The notes: a model not told the origin generated them from the sequence alone. Positions 1 through 11,309 are shown, numbered from the stretch's first letter. The stretch: 64,000 nt of DNA from Candidatus Eiseniibacteriota bacterium (GCA_029262235.1 JAJCZU010000004.1:991231-1055230), one strand, 5' to 3'. Numbers and translations: made by a program.

Positions 1-1535
1 TCGTCGCCGGGCCGTACCGGTTCTACGAATCCGACCACAGGGGGATCCGGATCGTCGGGCTCCTCTATCAGGCGGACGACGCCACGGAACTCTGGGAAAC
101 GTACCGGGCCGCTGCAATGCGCTACCTCGATCTGTACGGCGGACAGATCGGGCGCTATCCGTATACGAAATTCGCTTTCGTCGAGAACTTCTGGGAGACG
201 GGATACGGCATGCCCTCGTTCACGCTTCTCGGCAGCAAAGTGCTGCGCCTCCCCTTTATTCCGGAGACATCGTTCCGGCATGAAGTGCTGCACAACTGGT
301 GGGGGAACAGCGTGTTTCTCGACCCGGATCAGGGAAACTGGTGCGAGGCGCTCACGAATTACATGGCCGACTTCGCGAAATCCGAAGAGGAAGGCGAGGA
401 GGCGGCGCGGCGCCACCGTCTGCGCGAGCTGCAGCGCTTCTGGAACGAGCAGGAAAAGAACCGGGCGGTAAGCCTCGCGGAATTCCAGCAGGGGGCCGAC
501 GAGGACCAGACCGCGATCGGGTATACGAAGGGCGCGTTCTTCTTCCATATGTTGCGCGAGCACGTGGGCGCGGTACCGTTTGCGCGGTCGATGCAGCGCT
601 TTTATGCCGCGTACCGCGGGAAGGTCGCCGGCTGGGATGAGCTGCGCGCGGCGATCGCGAAGGATACGGGAACGAACCTCGACAAGTTCTTCGAGGAGTG
701 GGTCGATCGAAAGGGGGCGCCCCGGCTCGAACTCGCGGGCGTTTCCCGCTCCCGTGACGACGGCGTTCATGTGACGACGATTACGATCCGGCAGTCCGAG
801 CCGTTCTACGATCTTGACGTTCCTGTGGAAATCGAAACGGAGGACGGGGCGCGACAGGAAGGGTTCGTGATTCTCGTTCGGAAGGAGGGGACGCTCGAAT
901 GGCGGAGCGAGAGCCCGGTGCGGCGCGTCACTCTGGACCCGAAGTACGATCTGTTCCGACGCCTGAATGAGAACGAAATACCGCCGAGCGTGTCGACCGT
1001 GTTCTCCGGCTCCCGGTTCGGCGTCACGCTCCCCGACACGAGCACGATCTGGCGGGACGCCGTGACGCAGTGGGACCCGAAGGGGCTCGTTGCCGTGCGC
1101 GGGCATGACGAAGGATCGGAGATCGGGGCATCTGATGCCGGCGCGCGGAGCGGGGTCACGATCGATCTCTGGGACGGCGCCGAATCGTGGACCGCGGCGC
1201 ACGGTGGTGTCGGTGAATCCGCCGGCGCGGATGGCGGCGGCACGCCTGCGTCCGACTTTCCGATCGCGCGCAACGATTCCGGCTGGGTCGTGAACGGCGA
1301 AGCGATCGGCGACGGCACGCTTTTCTACGTTGCGAAGACGGGAGCACGCAACGCGCGAGGGAACGCTCCCGGACTGCAGGCCGCAATCGTGGCAAAGCCG
1401 GGTGACGATGTCGTCGATATCACGCGCCGGATTCCGTACTACGGTTATTACGGGACGATCCTGTTCCGGGACGGCGAGGTCGTGTTCAAGGGCGAATGGG
1501 ACGCCACGCCTCCGGAATGGAAGGCGCCTGAATGA
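1..1535 (+). CDS. M1-family (gluzincin) aminopeptidase, 5' truncated by the window edge
   Basis: The frame is open from the window start through the ORF at 117. It has a GYGMP (GAMEN-like) motif, HEVLH followed by W-C-E-A-L (HEXXH-x18-E), and the YTKGA tyrosine motif. Confidence 0.85.
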   Translation, partial: VAGPYRFYESDHRGIRIVGLLYQADDATELWETYRAAAMRYLDLYGGQIGRYPYTKFAFVENFWETGYGMPSFTLLGSKVLRLPFIPETSFRHEVLHNWWGNSVFLDPDQGNWCEALTNYMADFAKSEEEGEEAARRHRLRELQRFWNEQEKNRAVSLAEFQQGADEDQTAIGYTKGAFFFHMLREHVGAVPFARSMQRFYAAYRGKVAGWDELRAAIAKDTGTNLDKFFEEWVDRKGAPRLELAGVSRSRDDGVHVTTITIRQSEPFYDLDVPVEIETEDGARQEGFVILVRKEGTLEWRSESPVRRVTLDPKYDLFRRLNENEIPPSVSTVFSGSRFGVTLPDTSTIWRDAVTQWDPKGLVAVRGHDEGSEIGASDAGARSGVTIDLWDGAESWTAAHGGVGESAGADGGGTPASDFPIARNDSGWVVNGEAIGDGTLFYVAKTGARNARGNAPGLQAAIVAKPGDDVVDITRRIPYYGYYGTILFRDGEVVFKGEWDATPPEWKAPE

Positions 1536-3130
1536 TGCCTTTCCACGCCCTGACGAAACGATTTCGCCTGGCGCGCCATTGCAGGGGCGCGCTTTCGCTG
1601 ATGGCGGGCTGCGTCCTTCTGCTGAGCCTGTCGTTCGGATGCGGCGGCGCGAAGCCCGAACCCACCGGCCTTCGCGTTGCCGTGATCGGGCTCGACGGCG
1701 CCACGTTCGACCTGCTCGATCCGTGGTTCGCGGAGGGTCTGCTTCCGAATCTGGCGACGCTCCGCTCGTCCGCATTCAGCGCCACGCTGGAGTCGGTGAT
1801 CCCGGCGCTTTCGGCACCGGCATGGACCTCGGCCGTGACCGGGGTCAATCCCGGCAAGCACGGCGTGTTCGACTTCGAACTGCTGAACAGGGACGAGTTC
1901 ATCACGGAACCGGCCACCTCGCTCGACCGCGAAGCGAAAGCAGTGTGGGAATACCTCACAGACAGCCACCGGAGCTCGGTTGTCGTCAGCATTCCTCTGA
2001 CTTCGCCTCCCGACTCGATCGACGGACTCATGATCTCGGGCTTCCCGCATCTCCGTCCGACCGGGTATACGTGGCCGCCGGAACTCGAGAACCAGCTCCG
2101 CGCGTACCGGCTCGACAAATACGGCGAGTATCTTCCGCCGGACGGCGAGGACGCGTTCCTCGCGAATCTGAACGCCACGCGTGAGGCGCGTTATCGTACG
2201 GCGATCGAATTCTTCAAGAATGAAGAATGGGAACTGTTCTGGACCGTCTTCATGGGCAGCGACAAGATTCAGCACTTCTACTGGCAGTTCATGGATCCCG
2301 AGGGGCGCGATGTCGATCCGGTGCTGCGGGAGCGCTACCAGCACGCGATACGTGACCATTGGATCCGCGTCGACGAAATTGTGGGTGAGTTTCTTGCGGC
2401 GCGTGACGAGAACACGGTCCTGTTCGTCGTGTCCGATCACGGCTTCGTGCCCGTAACGCGCGAGCTTCCGCTGCTTCGCTGGATCTGGGACGAAGGATAC
2501 TGCAGCGCGAATCCGAAGAAATCGCGCGTACTCTACTTTCCGCATCTCGGCGGGCGGCTCACGATCAATACGAAGGGCGCGTTCGATGACGGCGTCGTTT
2601 CGCCGGGCGAAGAATACAACGCGCTCCGCGATGAACTGCGCGAGAAACTGCTGGCGATCCGCGATCCCGACAATGGAAAGCAGGTCGTGAAGAACGTATA
2701 CTTTCGAGATGAAGTGTATACGGGGCGGTTCGTCGAGAACGCGCCCGACATTCTGATCGAAGGGGAACGCGGTTATCTGTTCGGGCGGGGCGCTCCGTTT
2801 CAGGGGGGACCGCTTTTCAAGACGCCTTCGTTCACGTTTTCGGGGTACCACGATCGCCGCGGCATACTCTTCGCGACGGGACCCCACGTGAAACCGGGCC
2901 GCGCCGAAACGCCGATTTCGCTTCTGGATCTCGCCCCCACGGTGCTGGGTCTTCTGGGCGAAGTGATTCCACGCGATTTCGATGGCGCCATGATGAGTGC
3001 GCCGTTCACGCCCGACCTCGACTCGATCGCCCCGGCCCGCATCGCGAAGCGCACGATCAAGCGGGACATACCGGCTTCGAAACGTCGCGAAGAGAAAGAG
3101 GGCCTGAAGGCGCTGCCGTATCTGCGGTAA
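1532..3130 (+). CDS. Alkaline phosphatase superfamily (nucleotide pyrophosphatase/phosphodiesterase-like) lipoprotein
   Basis: Motifs IGLDGA, PALSAPAWTSAVTGVNPGKHG, SDKIQH, VSDHGF and SGYH. Lipobox-like SLSFGC. ATGA overlap with the upstream gene. Confidence 0.85.
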   Translation: MMPFHALTKRFRLARHCRGALSLMAGCVLLLSLSFGCGGAKPEPTGLRVAVIGLDGATFDLLDPWFAEGLLPNLATLRSSAFSATLESVIPALSAPAWTSAVTGVNPGKHGVFDFELLNRDEFITEPATSLDREAKAVWEYLTDSHRSSVVVSIPLTSPPDSIDGLMISGFPHLRPTGYTWPPELENQLRAYRLDKYGEYLPPDGEDAFLANLNATREARYRTAIEFFKNEEWELFWTVFMGSDKIQHFYWQFMDPEGRDVDPVLRERYQHAIRDHWIRVDEIVGEFLAARDENTVLFVVSDHGFVPVTRELPLLRWIWDEGYCSANPKKSRVLYFPHLGGRLTINTKGAFDDGVVSPGEEYNALRDELREKLLAIRDPDNGKQVVKNVYFRDEVYTGRFVENAPDILIEGERGYLFGRGAPFQGGPLFKTPSFTFSGYHDRRGILFATGPHVKPGRAETPISLLDLAPTVLGLLGEVIPRDFDGAMMSAPFTPDLDSIAPARIAKRTIKRDIPASKRREEKEGLKALPYLR

Positions 3131-3151
3131 GTATTCCGGTGAGCGGGCCGG

Positions 3152-4321
3152 TCAGTGTGAGTCGAAGCGGATCATTCTGATTCCGAGCAGCGCGAAGAAC
3201 ACCGCGAACCCGGCGAGCAGTCCGATCACCGGAAGCACGCTGACGAGATCGCCGTTGTAGGAAATGATTCTCTGCATCCCGGACATCGCCCACCCGGTGG
3301 GAAGAAGCATCGCGACCTTCTTCATCGTTCCGCTTACGATTTCAATCGGCCACCAGCATCCGCCAAGCGCCGCCATCGTGAGTGTGATGAGCACCCCCGC
3401 CGGCGAAACGACTTCCGCCTTTCCGATCGAAAGCCCGAGGAACACGCCGAGCGATGACACGGCGAGGGCGAGGGCCGCGAGCACGCCCGCGAGCGCGAAC
3501 GGCGATCCGCCCCACTCCATGCGAAACAGAATCGTACTGACGATGACGAGGAACGCGATCTGCACGACTGCGACGAGCAGAAGCCCCGCGACTTTCCCCC
3601 AGTAAATTTCGCCGATCGTAATCGGCGCGGAACCGAGGCGGCGGAAATGGCCGCCTTCGACATTCGACGCCACGAGAGACGCCCCGGACGTGAGCGCGAC
3701 GATCAGCACGAACATCACGATGTTGCCCGGGACTGAGAACTGGAAGCCGCGCGGCACTTCGCGCAGCGCCAGCGCGTTCCGGCTCTCGAGCGCGACCTCG
3801 TCGGGACGCGCGGCGAGGCTCGCATACGAAGCCGCCAGCGCCTCGTCCGTACCATTCGCGAGCAGGCTCTCCGGTATCGCGTACGTGTTCAGCAGCACGC
3901 GGAGCGCGGCCTGCCTTGCCGTCCATGCGTAATTGTCGAGCATTCGTCTGCTCGCCCCTTCGAGCGCCACGACCGGAAGCAACGTTTTGCGGCCCGCGCG
4001 TACCGAGTCCGTGAACCCCGCCGGGATCGCGAGCCATGCTTTCCGCTTCGCGAGCAGCGAGTCGCCCTCTTCGTACAGAGCGACTTCGGTCGTTTCCGTT
4101 TCCAGTTGCTCGAGAATCGCGCGTGCGAGAAATCCGTTGTCGCCGGCTACGACCGGGATCGCCGTTTTCGGCGGCTCGCCTTCGCCGCCCGGTCCCATCA
4201 ACGTTCCGAACGACGCGATGAAGATGAGCGGCATGACGAAGAGCCACAGGATCGATTGCCTGTCCTTCAGCGTGAGCACCAGATCAGTCTGCGCGATCGC
4301 GAGTATTCTCGGCAGATTCAT
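3152..4321 (-). CDS. ABC-2 type exporter permease
   Basis: Start re-set to MNLPRILAIA (ATG 4321, ATGA overlap with the upstream permease). One N-terminal TM, a large extracytoplasmic loop, then five TMs including GGCWWP. Confidence 0.85.
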   Translation of the reverse strand: MNLPRILAIAQTDLVLTLKDRQSILWLFVMPLIFIASFGTLMGPGGEGEPPKTAIPVVAGDNGFLARAILEQLETETTEVALYEEGDSLLAKRKAWLAIPAGFTDSVRAGRKTLLPVVALEGASRRMLDNYAWTARQAALRVLLNTYAIPESLLANGTDEALAASYASLAARPDEVALESRNALALREVPRGFQFSVPGNIVMFVLIVALTSGASLVASNVEGGHFRRLGSAPITIGEIYWGKVAGLLLVAVVQIAFLVIVSTILFRMEWGGSPFALAGVLAALALAVSSLGVFLGLSIGKAEVVSPAGVLITLTMAALGGCWWPIEIVSGTMKKVAMLLPTGWAMSGMQRIISYNGDLVSVLPVIGLLAGFAVFFALLGIRMIRFDSH

Positions 4322-5574
4322 CGGCGCAGATTCCTCTCGAACAGAAACGTGGAGGCGAAGAAGAGCACCGTGCCCACGGATGTCAGAATCAGCAGATGCA
4401 GGCCGATGTCGGACAGGCCGCCGTCGAACACGGTGATCGTCCGGAATCCTTCGATCGTCCAGTAGTTGATCGTCCATTTCGATACGCTCTGCACGGAGTC
4501 CGGAAACATCTCCGCAGGGATCATGCTGCCGCCCAGGATCGACATACCGAATATCACGATGGTGCTCAGAGCGTCCGCCTGACGCTCGGTTCGCGTAACG
4601 GCGAATACGAACGCGAGAATGCCCGTGACCGCCACGCCCTGCGCGATGACCAGAAGAATCGCGGCCAGGCCGTCGTTCCATCGAATGTGAAAGACGAGGG
4701 AGCCGATCACGGCGAGCAGAAGATGGCAGACGACGAGCAGCGCGAGGGTCGAGATGAGTTTGGAAAGAACGACGGTGCGGATCGGAACCGGAGTCGCGAG
4801 AAGTCGCGCCAGATGCCCGTGCTCGCGCTCCCAGAGAAGGTCGCGCAGTGACTGCTGCGCGACGAACAGGAGCCCCATCGCGATGATGCCGGGAAAGAGA
4901 TAGGCGAACAGGTTCACGTTTCGTTTCTGTTGCGCCGGATCCTTCGTTTCGTCGATGCGCTCTTCGATCGACACGTCGATCGCGGGCGGCAGCAGGAGGC
5001 GCTCGCCCCGCTTGATCGCCCGCTGCACGGTCACGGCGATGCTCGACACCGTGGCCTCGCCCGGCCCGTCGTCATTGTCCATCAGGCTGCTCACGGTTTC
5101 GAGCGGCTCGGCCAGTACGCGCGAGGCGCCGGTCAGGATCAACGCCAGAAACCCGGCGAAGGACTCCGCGATTTCCGGCAGGATCGACTCGCCGGGATTG
5201 CGTACGAGAGTGAGTGTCACGGGTTCGCGCGCGAGATACTTTTCGCTGAAGCCGGCGGGAATCACGATCAGGGCCGACGCGTCCCCTTCGCCGACGATCG
5301 CCTCGCCGGCGCCGGAATCGACCAGGGCGACGTCGAAAAACCGGGCAGCCTGTTCGTTTCGAAACGCGGTGGAAAGAAGCTCGCTCAGGAAGCCGCCGTC
5401 CCGGTTTTCAACGAGCAGTTTGATCGTGGGAAGAACATCGTCGTCGTTCGCGTTGAACGTGCCGCCGATCACGGCAACGAGGACGAGAGGAAACGCCAGT
5501 GTCAGCAGGACGCCGGCCGGCGCGCGGACACGACGGGCCAGGTCTTTGCGGATCAGCGCGAGCAATGCTCTCAT
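4318..5574 (-). CDS. ABC-2 type exporter permease
   Basis: Same topology as its neighbour, with the ERExGxLxRLLxTP motif. Translationally coupled to the ATPase. Confidence 0.85.
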   Translation of the reverse strand: MRALLALIRKDLARRVRAPAGVLLTLAFPLVLVAVIGGTFNANDDDVLPTIKLLVENRDGGFLSELLSTAFRNEQAARFFDVALVDSGAGEAIVGEGDASALIVIPAGFSEKYLAREPVTLTLVRNPGESILPEIAESFAGFLALILTGASRVLAEPLETVSSLMDNDDGPGEATVSSIAVTVQRAIKRGERLLLPPAIDVSIEERIDETKDPAQQKRNVNLFAYLFPGIIAMGLLFVAQQSLRDLLWEREHGHLARLLATPVPIRTVVLSKLISTLALLVVCHLLLAVIGSLVFHIRWNDGLAAILLVIAQGVAVTGILAFVFAVTRTERQADALSTIVIFGMSILGGSMIPAEMFPDSVQSVSKWTINYWTIEGFRTITVFDGGLSDIGLHLLILTSVGTVLFFASTFLFERNLRR

Positions 5575-6500
5575 TCGCGAAGTTCTCTCCCTGTCAGCTT
5601 CAGGAACAGAGACTGGAGCGAGGGTTTGCGAATCGCGACCTCTTCGACTTCCGGCATGCCCCCGAAGAGCCTGTGGAGAACGGAAAAGACTTCCGAACCA
5701 TGCCGTGTGGTCGACAGAAGCGCCTTGCCGTCATCGATCGCGAGAAGCGAGATGTCGCGCTCGCTCGCCAGCGCGCTCCGGATCGCGTCAGGCGTGAACG
5801 TGCCGGAAAGCGAAACGATGTCCCCTTCGCCGAGTTCGAGAAGCAGATCGCGAAGCGTGCCGTTCACGAGTATCTTTCCGTGGTCGATGATCGCCACGCG
5901 GTCGCAGAGCTCTTCCACTTCTTCCAGATAGTGCGACGTGTACACGACGGCCGTACCGCCCGCCGCGACCTCTTTCACCATGTCGAGAATCGCGATGCGC
6001 CCCTGCGGGTCGATGCCGGCTGTCACTTCGTCGAGCAGAAGAAGACGGGGCGAGTGAATGAGTCCGGTGAGAAGATGCAGGCGGCGCTTCATGCCGCCGG
6101 AGTACGTCTTGACCGCGCTCTTCGCCTTTTCGCGAAGGCCGGCGCGTTCCAGGAGCGTTTCGATTCTGTCGTCGAGAGCGGAACCCCTGAGGCCGTAGAT
6201 GCGGCCCCAGAAGCGCAGGTTCTCCCGGGCGCTCAGCTCTTCGTACAGCGAGATGTCCTGCGGCACGACGCCGAGCAGCTTTTTCGCGTCGCGCGGCCGG
6301 TCGATTACGGAGATCCCGTCGATCGTGATCGAGCCCGCGTCGGGAAGCAGAAGGCCCGAAACCATCGAAAGCGTGGTCGTTTTGCCCGCGCCGTTCGGCC
6401 CCAGGAGGCCGAAGATCTCTCCGCCGCGCGCCTCGAGATCGATGCCGTCGACGGCGCGCAGATCCCCGAATCGCTTCTCGATACCCTGAATTGTGAGCAT
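5571..6500 (-). CDS. ABC exporter ATP-binding protein (drug-resistance/LnrL-like subfamily)
   Basis: Walker A GPNGAGKTT, signature YSGGMKRR, Walker B LLLLDE, H-loop SHYLEE, and C-terminal LFLKLTGRELRE. Confidence 0.92.
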   Translation of the reverse strand: MLTIQGIEKRFGDLRAVDGIDLEARGGEIFGLLGPNGAGKTTTLSMVSGLLLPDAGSITIDGISVIDRPRDAKKLLGVVPQDISLYEELSARENLRFWGRIYGLRGSALDDRIETLLERAGLREKAKSAVKTYSGGMKRRLHLLTGLIHSPRLLLLDEVTAGIDPQGRIAILDMVKEVAAGGTAVVYTSHYLEEVEELCDRVAIIDHGKILVNGTLRDLLLELGEGDIVSLSGTFTPDAIRSALASERDISLLAIDDGKALLSTTRHGSEVFSVLHRLFGGMPEVEEVAIRKPSLQSLFLKLTGRELRE

Positions 6501-6506
6501 GGCCGC

Positions 6507-6589
6507 ATTGTAGCGGATGGGGAACGGGGGGGCGAACGGAAATGGCCCCGCGTGCGTGTCTGGACAGGTTCGCGCAGGACCGCTATCTT
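6507..6589. promoter_or_regulatory. Divergent sigma70-type promoters, both probably leaderless
   Basis: Minus strand: TACAAT-6nt-ATG(6500). Plus strand: TGGACA(6561)-17nt-TATCTT(6584)-6nt-ATG(6596). No SD at either start. Confidence 0.55.
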
Positions 6590-6595
6590 GCAGTT

Positions 6596-7822
6596 ATGAG
6601 AGCGTTCCGTTTCCTTCATATGGCCGACGTTCATTTCGACCGGTCCTTCGCTACGAAACGGGAGAAGGTCCGCGCCGCGTTGCGTGATGCGATGGAGGCG
6701 TCTTTCTCCACGGCCGTCGATCTGGCGCTCTCGGAATCCGTCGACGCGTTTCTGATCGCCGGCGACCTCTTCGACCACTCCGAATGCTCCTATCGTACGG
6801 AACGGTTTCTCCGCACACAGATCGCGCGTCTCGAGGAATCAGGGATCGCGTTTCTCTACGCAACGGGTAATCATGATCCCGGCCCCGCGACGCGGCGGAT
6901 CTCCTGGCCCGACGGCGCCGTGCTCTTCGACCGGGGCACGCCGCGGCGCGTCGCGATCGAGCGCGAAGGGCGCGCTGTCGGCCATGTCACGGCGGCGGGG
7001 CACGCGCGCAGCACGACGGGCGAAAACCTCGCTGCCACGTTTCCGTCCGCGCCGCGCGATCAAAAAGCGCCCGAAGTCGCCATGCTGCACGCCACGGTGT
7101 CCGGCAGCCTCGGCTATGCGGGGCACGGGAAGCATGCTCCTTGCTCGCAGGGCGACCTGATCGAGAAGGGCTACGGTTACTGGGCGCTCGGGCACATTCA
7201 CCTGCGTCAGTCGGTCGTGGAAGACGCCGCTGCCCACTACCCCGGTGGTCCGCTCGGACTCAGCAGGCGTGAAACGGGAGAGAAGGGCGTGCTGATCGTG
7301 TCTCTCGAGCCGGGCGCGCCCGCCGAGGTCGCGTTTCATGCCACCGCGCCGCTTCGCTGGGAGTCGATCACGGCGGACCTGAGCGACGTGACCGAATGGG
7401 ACGGCGTGCAGCGCGCGATCCGGCGCGCGATCGACACGACGCTCGACGTACCCGCGAATGAAACGCTGCTCACGATCTGGCTGGAAGGGGCGACCCGGCT
7501 CGCCACGGAAATCCGTCATCCCGAAAACACCGATTCGCTGACCGACGAAATCCTTTACGGCGCGGGTTTGCGCGACCTCTTTCTCGAAACACGCCGCCTG
7601 CGCCGCCCGGTGGAGCGGGAACGGTTCCTCGTCGAGCCGATCCATTCGATGTGCGAACTCGTGCGCGCGCTTCGAAGCGGCGACGAGAGTATCGACTCGA
7701 TCACACCGCCGAAGTTCGCGGGCGAGCCGCTTGACCCGGCAGGCAAACGCGAGTACCTGCTGGCGCTTCTCGAAGGGGCGGAGGACGAGCTCGTCGATCG
7801 CATGTGGAAGGAGCGGTCATGA
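6596..7822 (+). CDS. YhaO/SbcD/Mre11-family metallophosphoesterase DNA exonuclease
   Basis: Five phosphoesterase motifs: ADVH, AGDLFD, GNHD, MLH and ALGHIH. Confidence 0.9.
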   Translation: MRAFRFLHMADVHFDRSFATKREKVRAALRDAMEASFSTAVDLALSESVDAFLIAGDLFDHSECSYRTERFLRTQIARLEESGIAFLYATGNHDPGPATRRISWPDGAVLFDRGTPRRVAIEREGRAVGHVTAAGHARSTTGENLAATFPSAPRDQKAPEVAMLHATVSGSLGYAGHGKHAPCSQGDLIEKGYGYWALGHIHLRQSVVEDAAAHYPGGPLGLSRRETGEKGVLIVSLEPGAPAEVAFHATAPLRWESITADLSDVTEWDGVQRAIRRAIDTTLDVPANETLLTIWLEGATRLATEIRHPENTDSLTDEILYGAGLRDLFLETRRLRRPVERERFLVEPIHSMCELVRALRSGDESIDSITPPKFAGEPLDPAGKREYLLALLEGAEDELVDRMWKERS

Positions 7823-10584
7823 GATTCCGCGCCGCCCGCATCGACGGCTACGGTTCGCTCACGCAGCGGATCTTTCGCGACCTCGACCATCCGATCGTCG
7901 TCGTGTACGGGCCGAACGAGGCCGGCAAGACCACGTTCTACAACTATCTCACGACGATGCTGTTCGGCTTTCATCCTGCGAATCTCGAAGGAAACCCCTA
8001 CGCGCCCTGGAGCGGCGTTGAAATGGGGGGCGAGGCGGAAATCGTGCTCGGCAAGCGCGAGCGCTGGACCGTGAAGCGCGCGATGCGGGCGAGCATTACG
8101 GGGCGCGTGGTCCGCAACAAAGAGAGCACGAACATTCAGAATCAGCCTCTCCCGTGCCTCGGCATGATCACGCGTGCGCTGTTTCAGGCGGTGTACGCGA
8201 TGAACCGCCACGACCTCGTTTTTCTCGACGAGAAATCATGGGCGGAAGTGAAGGATCGTCTGCTCGGAACGGCCGGGATCCCGCAGGTGCAGTCGGCGCG
8301 TCTTGTCGCGGAGGCCCTCGAGAAGGAGGCGGACCAGCTGTGGCGCCCGGACCGTCGCGGCAAGAGCCGTTCGCGCAAGTTGAAAGAAGCGATGCGCGCG
8401 CTCAGCGAGGCGGAGCAGAAGGCGCGCGAACGGGATCGCGCGACGCGCACGATCGAGTCCGAACTCGAACAGGCCGATCACGACCTCGCGGGCTGCGAAG
8501 AGAAACGTGCCGTGCTCGCCGCGCGGATCCGGCGCGCCCGCCGGTTGCTCCCCGCCGCGCGCCGGCTCATGCTTCTCTTTGAAATGAACGCGAACGCCGA
8601 AATCGCGCGCGCCTGCGCCCACCTCCCGACGGACCCGATGGCGCGCCGGGAAGCGTGGCTGCAGCGCGAGCGCGAACTTCAGGAGCGGGCCGACCGGCTG
8701 GCGCGCGAACGGGAAGAGTGCCGCCGCGCGCAGGACGCGTTCACGGATGCGGACCGCGCGCTTCTCGCCGCGTCGGAAGAGACGCGGCGTCTCCGCGAGA
8801 ACCGTGCCGGGCGCACCGCCCGCGTGCACACCCTCGAGTCGAGGCGGGAAGATCTTGCCGGCGCCGAGGCGATTCTGAGCGACCGGGCCAACGGCCTGTT
8901 CGTCGGGGTGATCGAGTGCCCGGCGGCCGCCGCGCTACCCCGGGAAGAGCTGTCGCGCAGGATCAGCGCCTATCGGGAGGCGCGCGACGAGCGAATCATT
9001 CGCGAACGTACCGAGACGATCGACCCCCTTACGGAAGACGGCACGGCAGGCGGCGGGCTCGAGGGCGGCGAACCGGCGGATGCCGGATCGGCCAGGTTCC
9101 GGATACCATTTCTGTCCGGTAGTCCCTGGCTGTTTGCGGCGGCCGGCGTTCTCCTGTTCGCACTGTACTTCTTCGTGCGCGCCCATCCCGCTTCGTTCCT
9201 TGTTCTCTTCGCCGCTGCTCTTGCCACCCTGGCGGGGGTGCAATCGTACTTCTCCGGACGGGGAAAGGACGCGCATCGTGCGGCGGCCGAGCGGCGCAGG
9301 AAACGGGCGGCGGATCGCATCGAGTCCGCGCGCGGCAGTGAGCGCGAGGCACGCGACAATGTCGCGGCGCTGCTCGATCCCCTGCCCCTTGCGGAGCATC
9401 GCGCGCAGCTCATGGACGAAGACCTGCGACGCGATCTGACCGAATACAACGATCAGCTGAGCAAAGTCGAGCGTCTGCGCGGCACGATCGGCGAGTTGCA
9501 TGCGGAAATCGTGCGCTATGACGAGGAGGCGGCTTCATTGATCGCGGCGCTCGCGATCGAAGACGTGCGGGGCGACTGGATCGCGGCGCTCGACCGCAAT
9601 CTGGACGAAGCGCGGGCGCGCCGGACCGAAGCGGGAAAGGCGGAGCACCGCCTGCAGGAGATCGCGGCGGACGAGGCATCCGTGAAAGAGGAACGGGTAC
9701 GGCTGACGGGTGAGCGCGAAACGCTCGAAGAAGAGCTGGCGAAGCTGGGTCCCGATCCCGAACGGGGCGCCCGCGCACTGCAGGAATCGCGTCGCGCGGC
9801 CGACTCGGCCGAGGCCCTGCGCGTCGAACTTCGCAAGGAGTCAGGGAGCCTTTCGCAACTCCGCGAGGAAGTCGCGGCGTTTCTCGAAGAGGAGACGGGG
9901 GCCGACGACAATCTGCTTGCGCGGTGGGAATCGGAAGAGAAAGCGCTTCACGAACAGATCAATCAGTTTCATTCCACGGCCGCTTCGCTTCGTTCCGACC
10001 TCAAACACAGGCTCGAAGAGCGGACCGCAGCGGATTTGGCCGGCGAGAAGGCCGCGCTCGAAGAGGAGTTGCAGGAAGCGCGCCGCGAACGCGACCGAAA
10101 AGCGCTCCTTGCGCGCATCGTGCGTGAGGGGGAGGCCCGTTATCGCCGGGAACACGAGCCGGACATCTACAAGCGTGCGGGCGAGCATCTTTCGGTGATC
10201 ACGAACGGGCGCTATGACCGCTTTTCGGTCGAAGAGGGGAAGTCGCCGCGTCCGATGCTCCATTCGCGCGAAGCGGGGGAGGCGCGTGCGGCTGCCGAGC
10301 CGTTCAGCCAGGGCACTCTCGATCAGCTCTACTGGTCGCTCCGCATGGCGCTCGTGGACCATCTCGAGGCGGGCGGAGAACCGCTGCCGCTCTTCCTGGA
10401 CGAAGTGTTCGCGCACTGGGACGCCGAGCGGATGGACCGGGGGATCGCGCTCCTTCGTTCGCTCGCCGCGCATCGCCAGATCTTTTTCTTTACGTGTCAT
10501 GAATCTGTCGCGAAACGGTTTCGTGATGAAGGCGCGGGCCTGATCGACCTCGAAGACAGCGGGTCGAAGATGGCGCTCTTTTAG
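7819..10584 (+). CDS. YhaN-family SMC/Rad50-like ATPase with long coiled coil and central transmembrane hairpin
   Basis: Walker [10 protein letters not shown], signature FSQGTLDQL, Walker [16 protein letters not shown] overlap with the nuclease gene. Confidence 0.88.
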   Translation: MRFRAARIDGYGSLTQRIFRDLDHPIVVVYGPNEAGKTTFYNYLTTMLFGFHPANLEGNPYAPWSGVEMGGEAEIVLGKRERWTVKRAMRASITGRVVRNKESTNIQNQPLPCLGMITRALFQAVYAMNRHDLVFLDEKSWAEVKDRLLGTAGIPQVQSARLVAEALEKEADQLWRPDRRGKSRSRKLKEAMRALSEAEQKARERDRATRTIESELEQADHDLAGCEEKRAVLAARIRRARRLLPAARRLMLLFEMNANAEIARACAHLPTDPMARREAWLQRERELQERADRLAREREECRRAQDAFTDADRALLAASEETRRLRENRAGRTARVHTLESRREDLAGAEAILSDRANGLFVGVIECPAAAALPREELSRRISAYREARDERIIRERTETIDPLTEDGTAGGGLEGGEPADAGSARFRIPFLSGSPWLFAAAGVLLFALYFFVRAHPASFLVLFAAALATLAGVQSYFSGRGKDAHRAAAERRRKRAADRIESARGSEREARDNVAALLDPLPLAEHRAQLMDEDLRRDLTEYNDQLSKVERLRGTIGELHAEIVRYDEEAASLIAALAIEDVRGDWIAALDRNLDEARARRTEAGKAEHRLQEIAADEASVKEERVRLTGERETLEEELAKLGPDPERGARALQESRRAADSAEALRVELRKESGSLSQLREEVAAFLEEETGADDNLLARWESEEKALHEQINQFHSTAASLRSDLKHRLEERTAADLAGEKAALEEELQEARRERDRKALLARIVREGEARYRREHEPDIYKRAGEHLSVITNGRYDRFSVEEGKSPRPMLHSREAGEARAAAEPFSQGTLDQLYWSLRMALVDHLEAGGEPLPLFLDEVFAHWDAERMDRGIALLRSLAAHRQIFFFTCHESVAKRFRDEGAGLIDLEDSGSKMALF

Positions 10585-10592
10585 GAGTGGCG

Positions 10593-11309
10593 ATGATCGG
10601 GAGCGGGAGACGAACTACGCTGGCTGCGTTTGCAGCCGCTCTCGCGATTTTCGGCTGCGTGGAAGAAACGGAGTGGACCGCGATGCGCGAACGAATGGTA
10701 AGCGATCAGATCGTGCGGCGCGGCGTCACGAATCCCGCCGTGCTCGATGCCGTGCGCGCCGTTCCGCGCCACGCGTTCGTTCCCGAAGCGTATCGCAGCG
10801 AAGCCTACGACGATCATCCGCTTCCGATCGGCGAAGGGCAGACGATTTCGCAGCCCTATATCGTTGCGCTCATGACCGAGCTTCTCGATCTGAAACCGGG
10901 TGACCGCGTGCTCGAAGTGGGAACGGGGTCCGGGTATCAGGCGGCCGTGCTGGCCGAACTCGTGACCTCCGTCTTCAGCATCGAAATCGTCGAACCGCTC
11001 GCGAAAGAGTCGGCCGCGCGGCTTGCGGCGCTCGGCTACAAGAATGTCACGGTGCGAGCGGGGGACGGATATCGCGGGTGGCCGGAAGAGGCGCCGTTCG
11101 ACGCCATTATCGTGACGGCCGCGCCCGGGCACGTGCCGAAACCGTTGACGGAGCAGTTGAAAGACGGTGGCGTGCTCGTCATTCCTGTCGGCGACGAAGA
11201 ACAGTCGCTGCTCCGCATCACGCGGACCGGAAATGCGTTGAAACGGGAGAGCGTGATTCCCGTGCGCTTCGTGCCGATGACCGGCGAGGCCGAACGCGGC
11301 GAGAAGTAG
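10593..11309 (+). CDS. pcm: Protein-L-isoaspartate O-methyltransferase
   Basis: Motifs [48 protein letters not shown] and VRFVPM. SD AGGAG before ATG 10593. Confidence 0.95.
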   Translation: MIGSGRRTTLAAFAAALAIFGCVEETEWTAMRERMVSDQIVRRGVTNPAVLDAVRAVPRHAFVPEAYRSEAYDDHPLPIGEGQTISQPYIVALMTELLDLKPGDRVLEVGTGSGYQAAVLAELVTSVFSIEIVEPLAKESAARLAALGYKNVTVRAGDGYRGWPEEAPFDAIIVTAAPGHVPKPLTEQLKDGGVLVIPVGDEEQSLLRITRTGNALKRESVIPVRFVPMTGEAERGEK

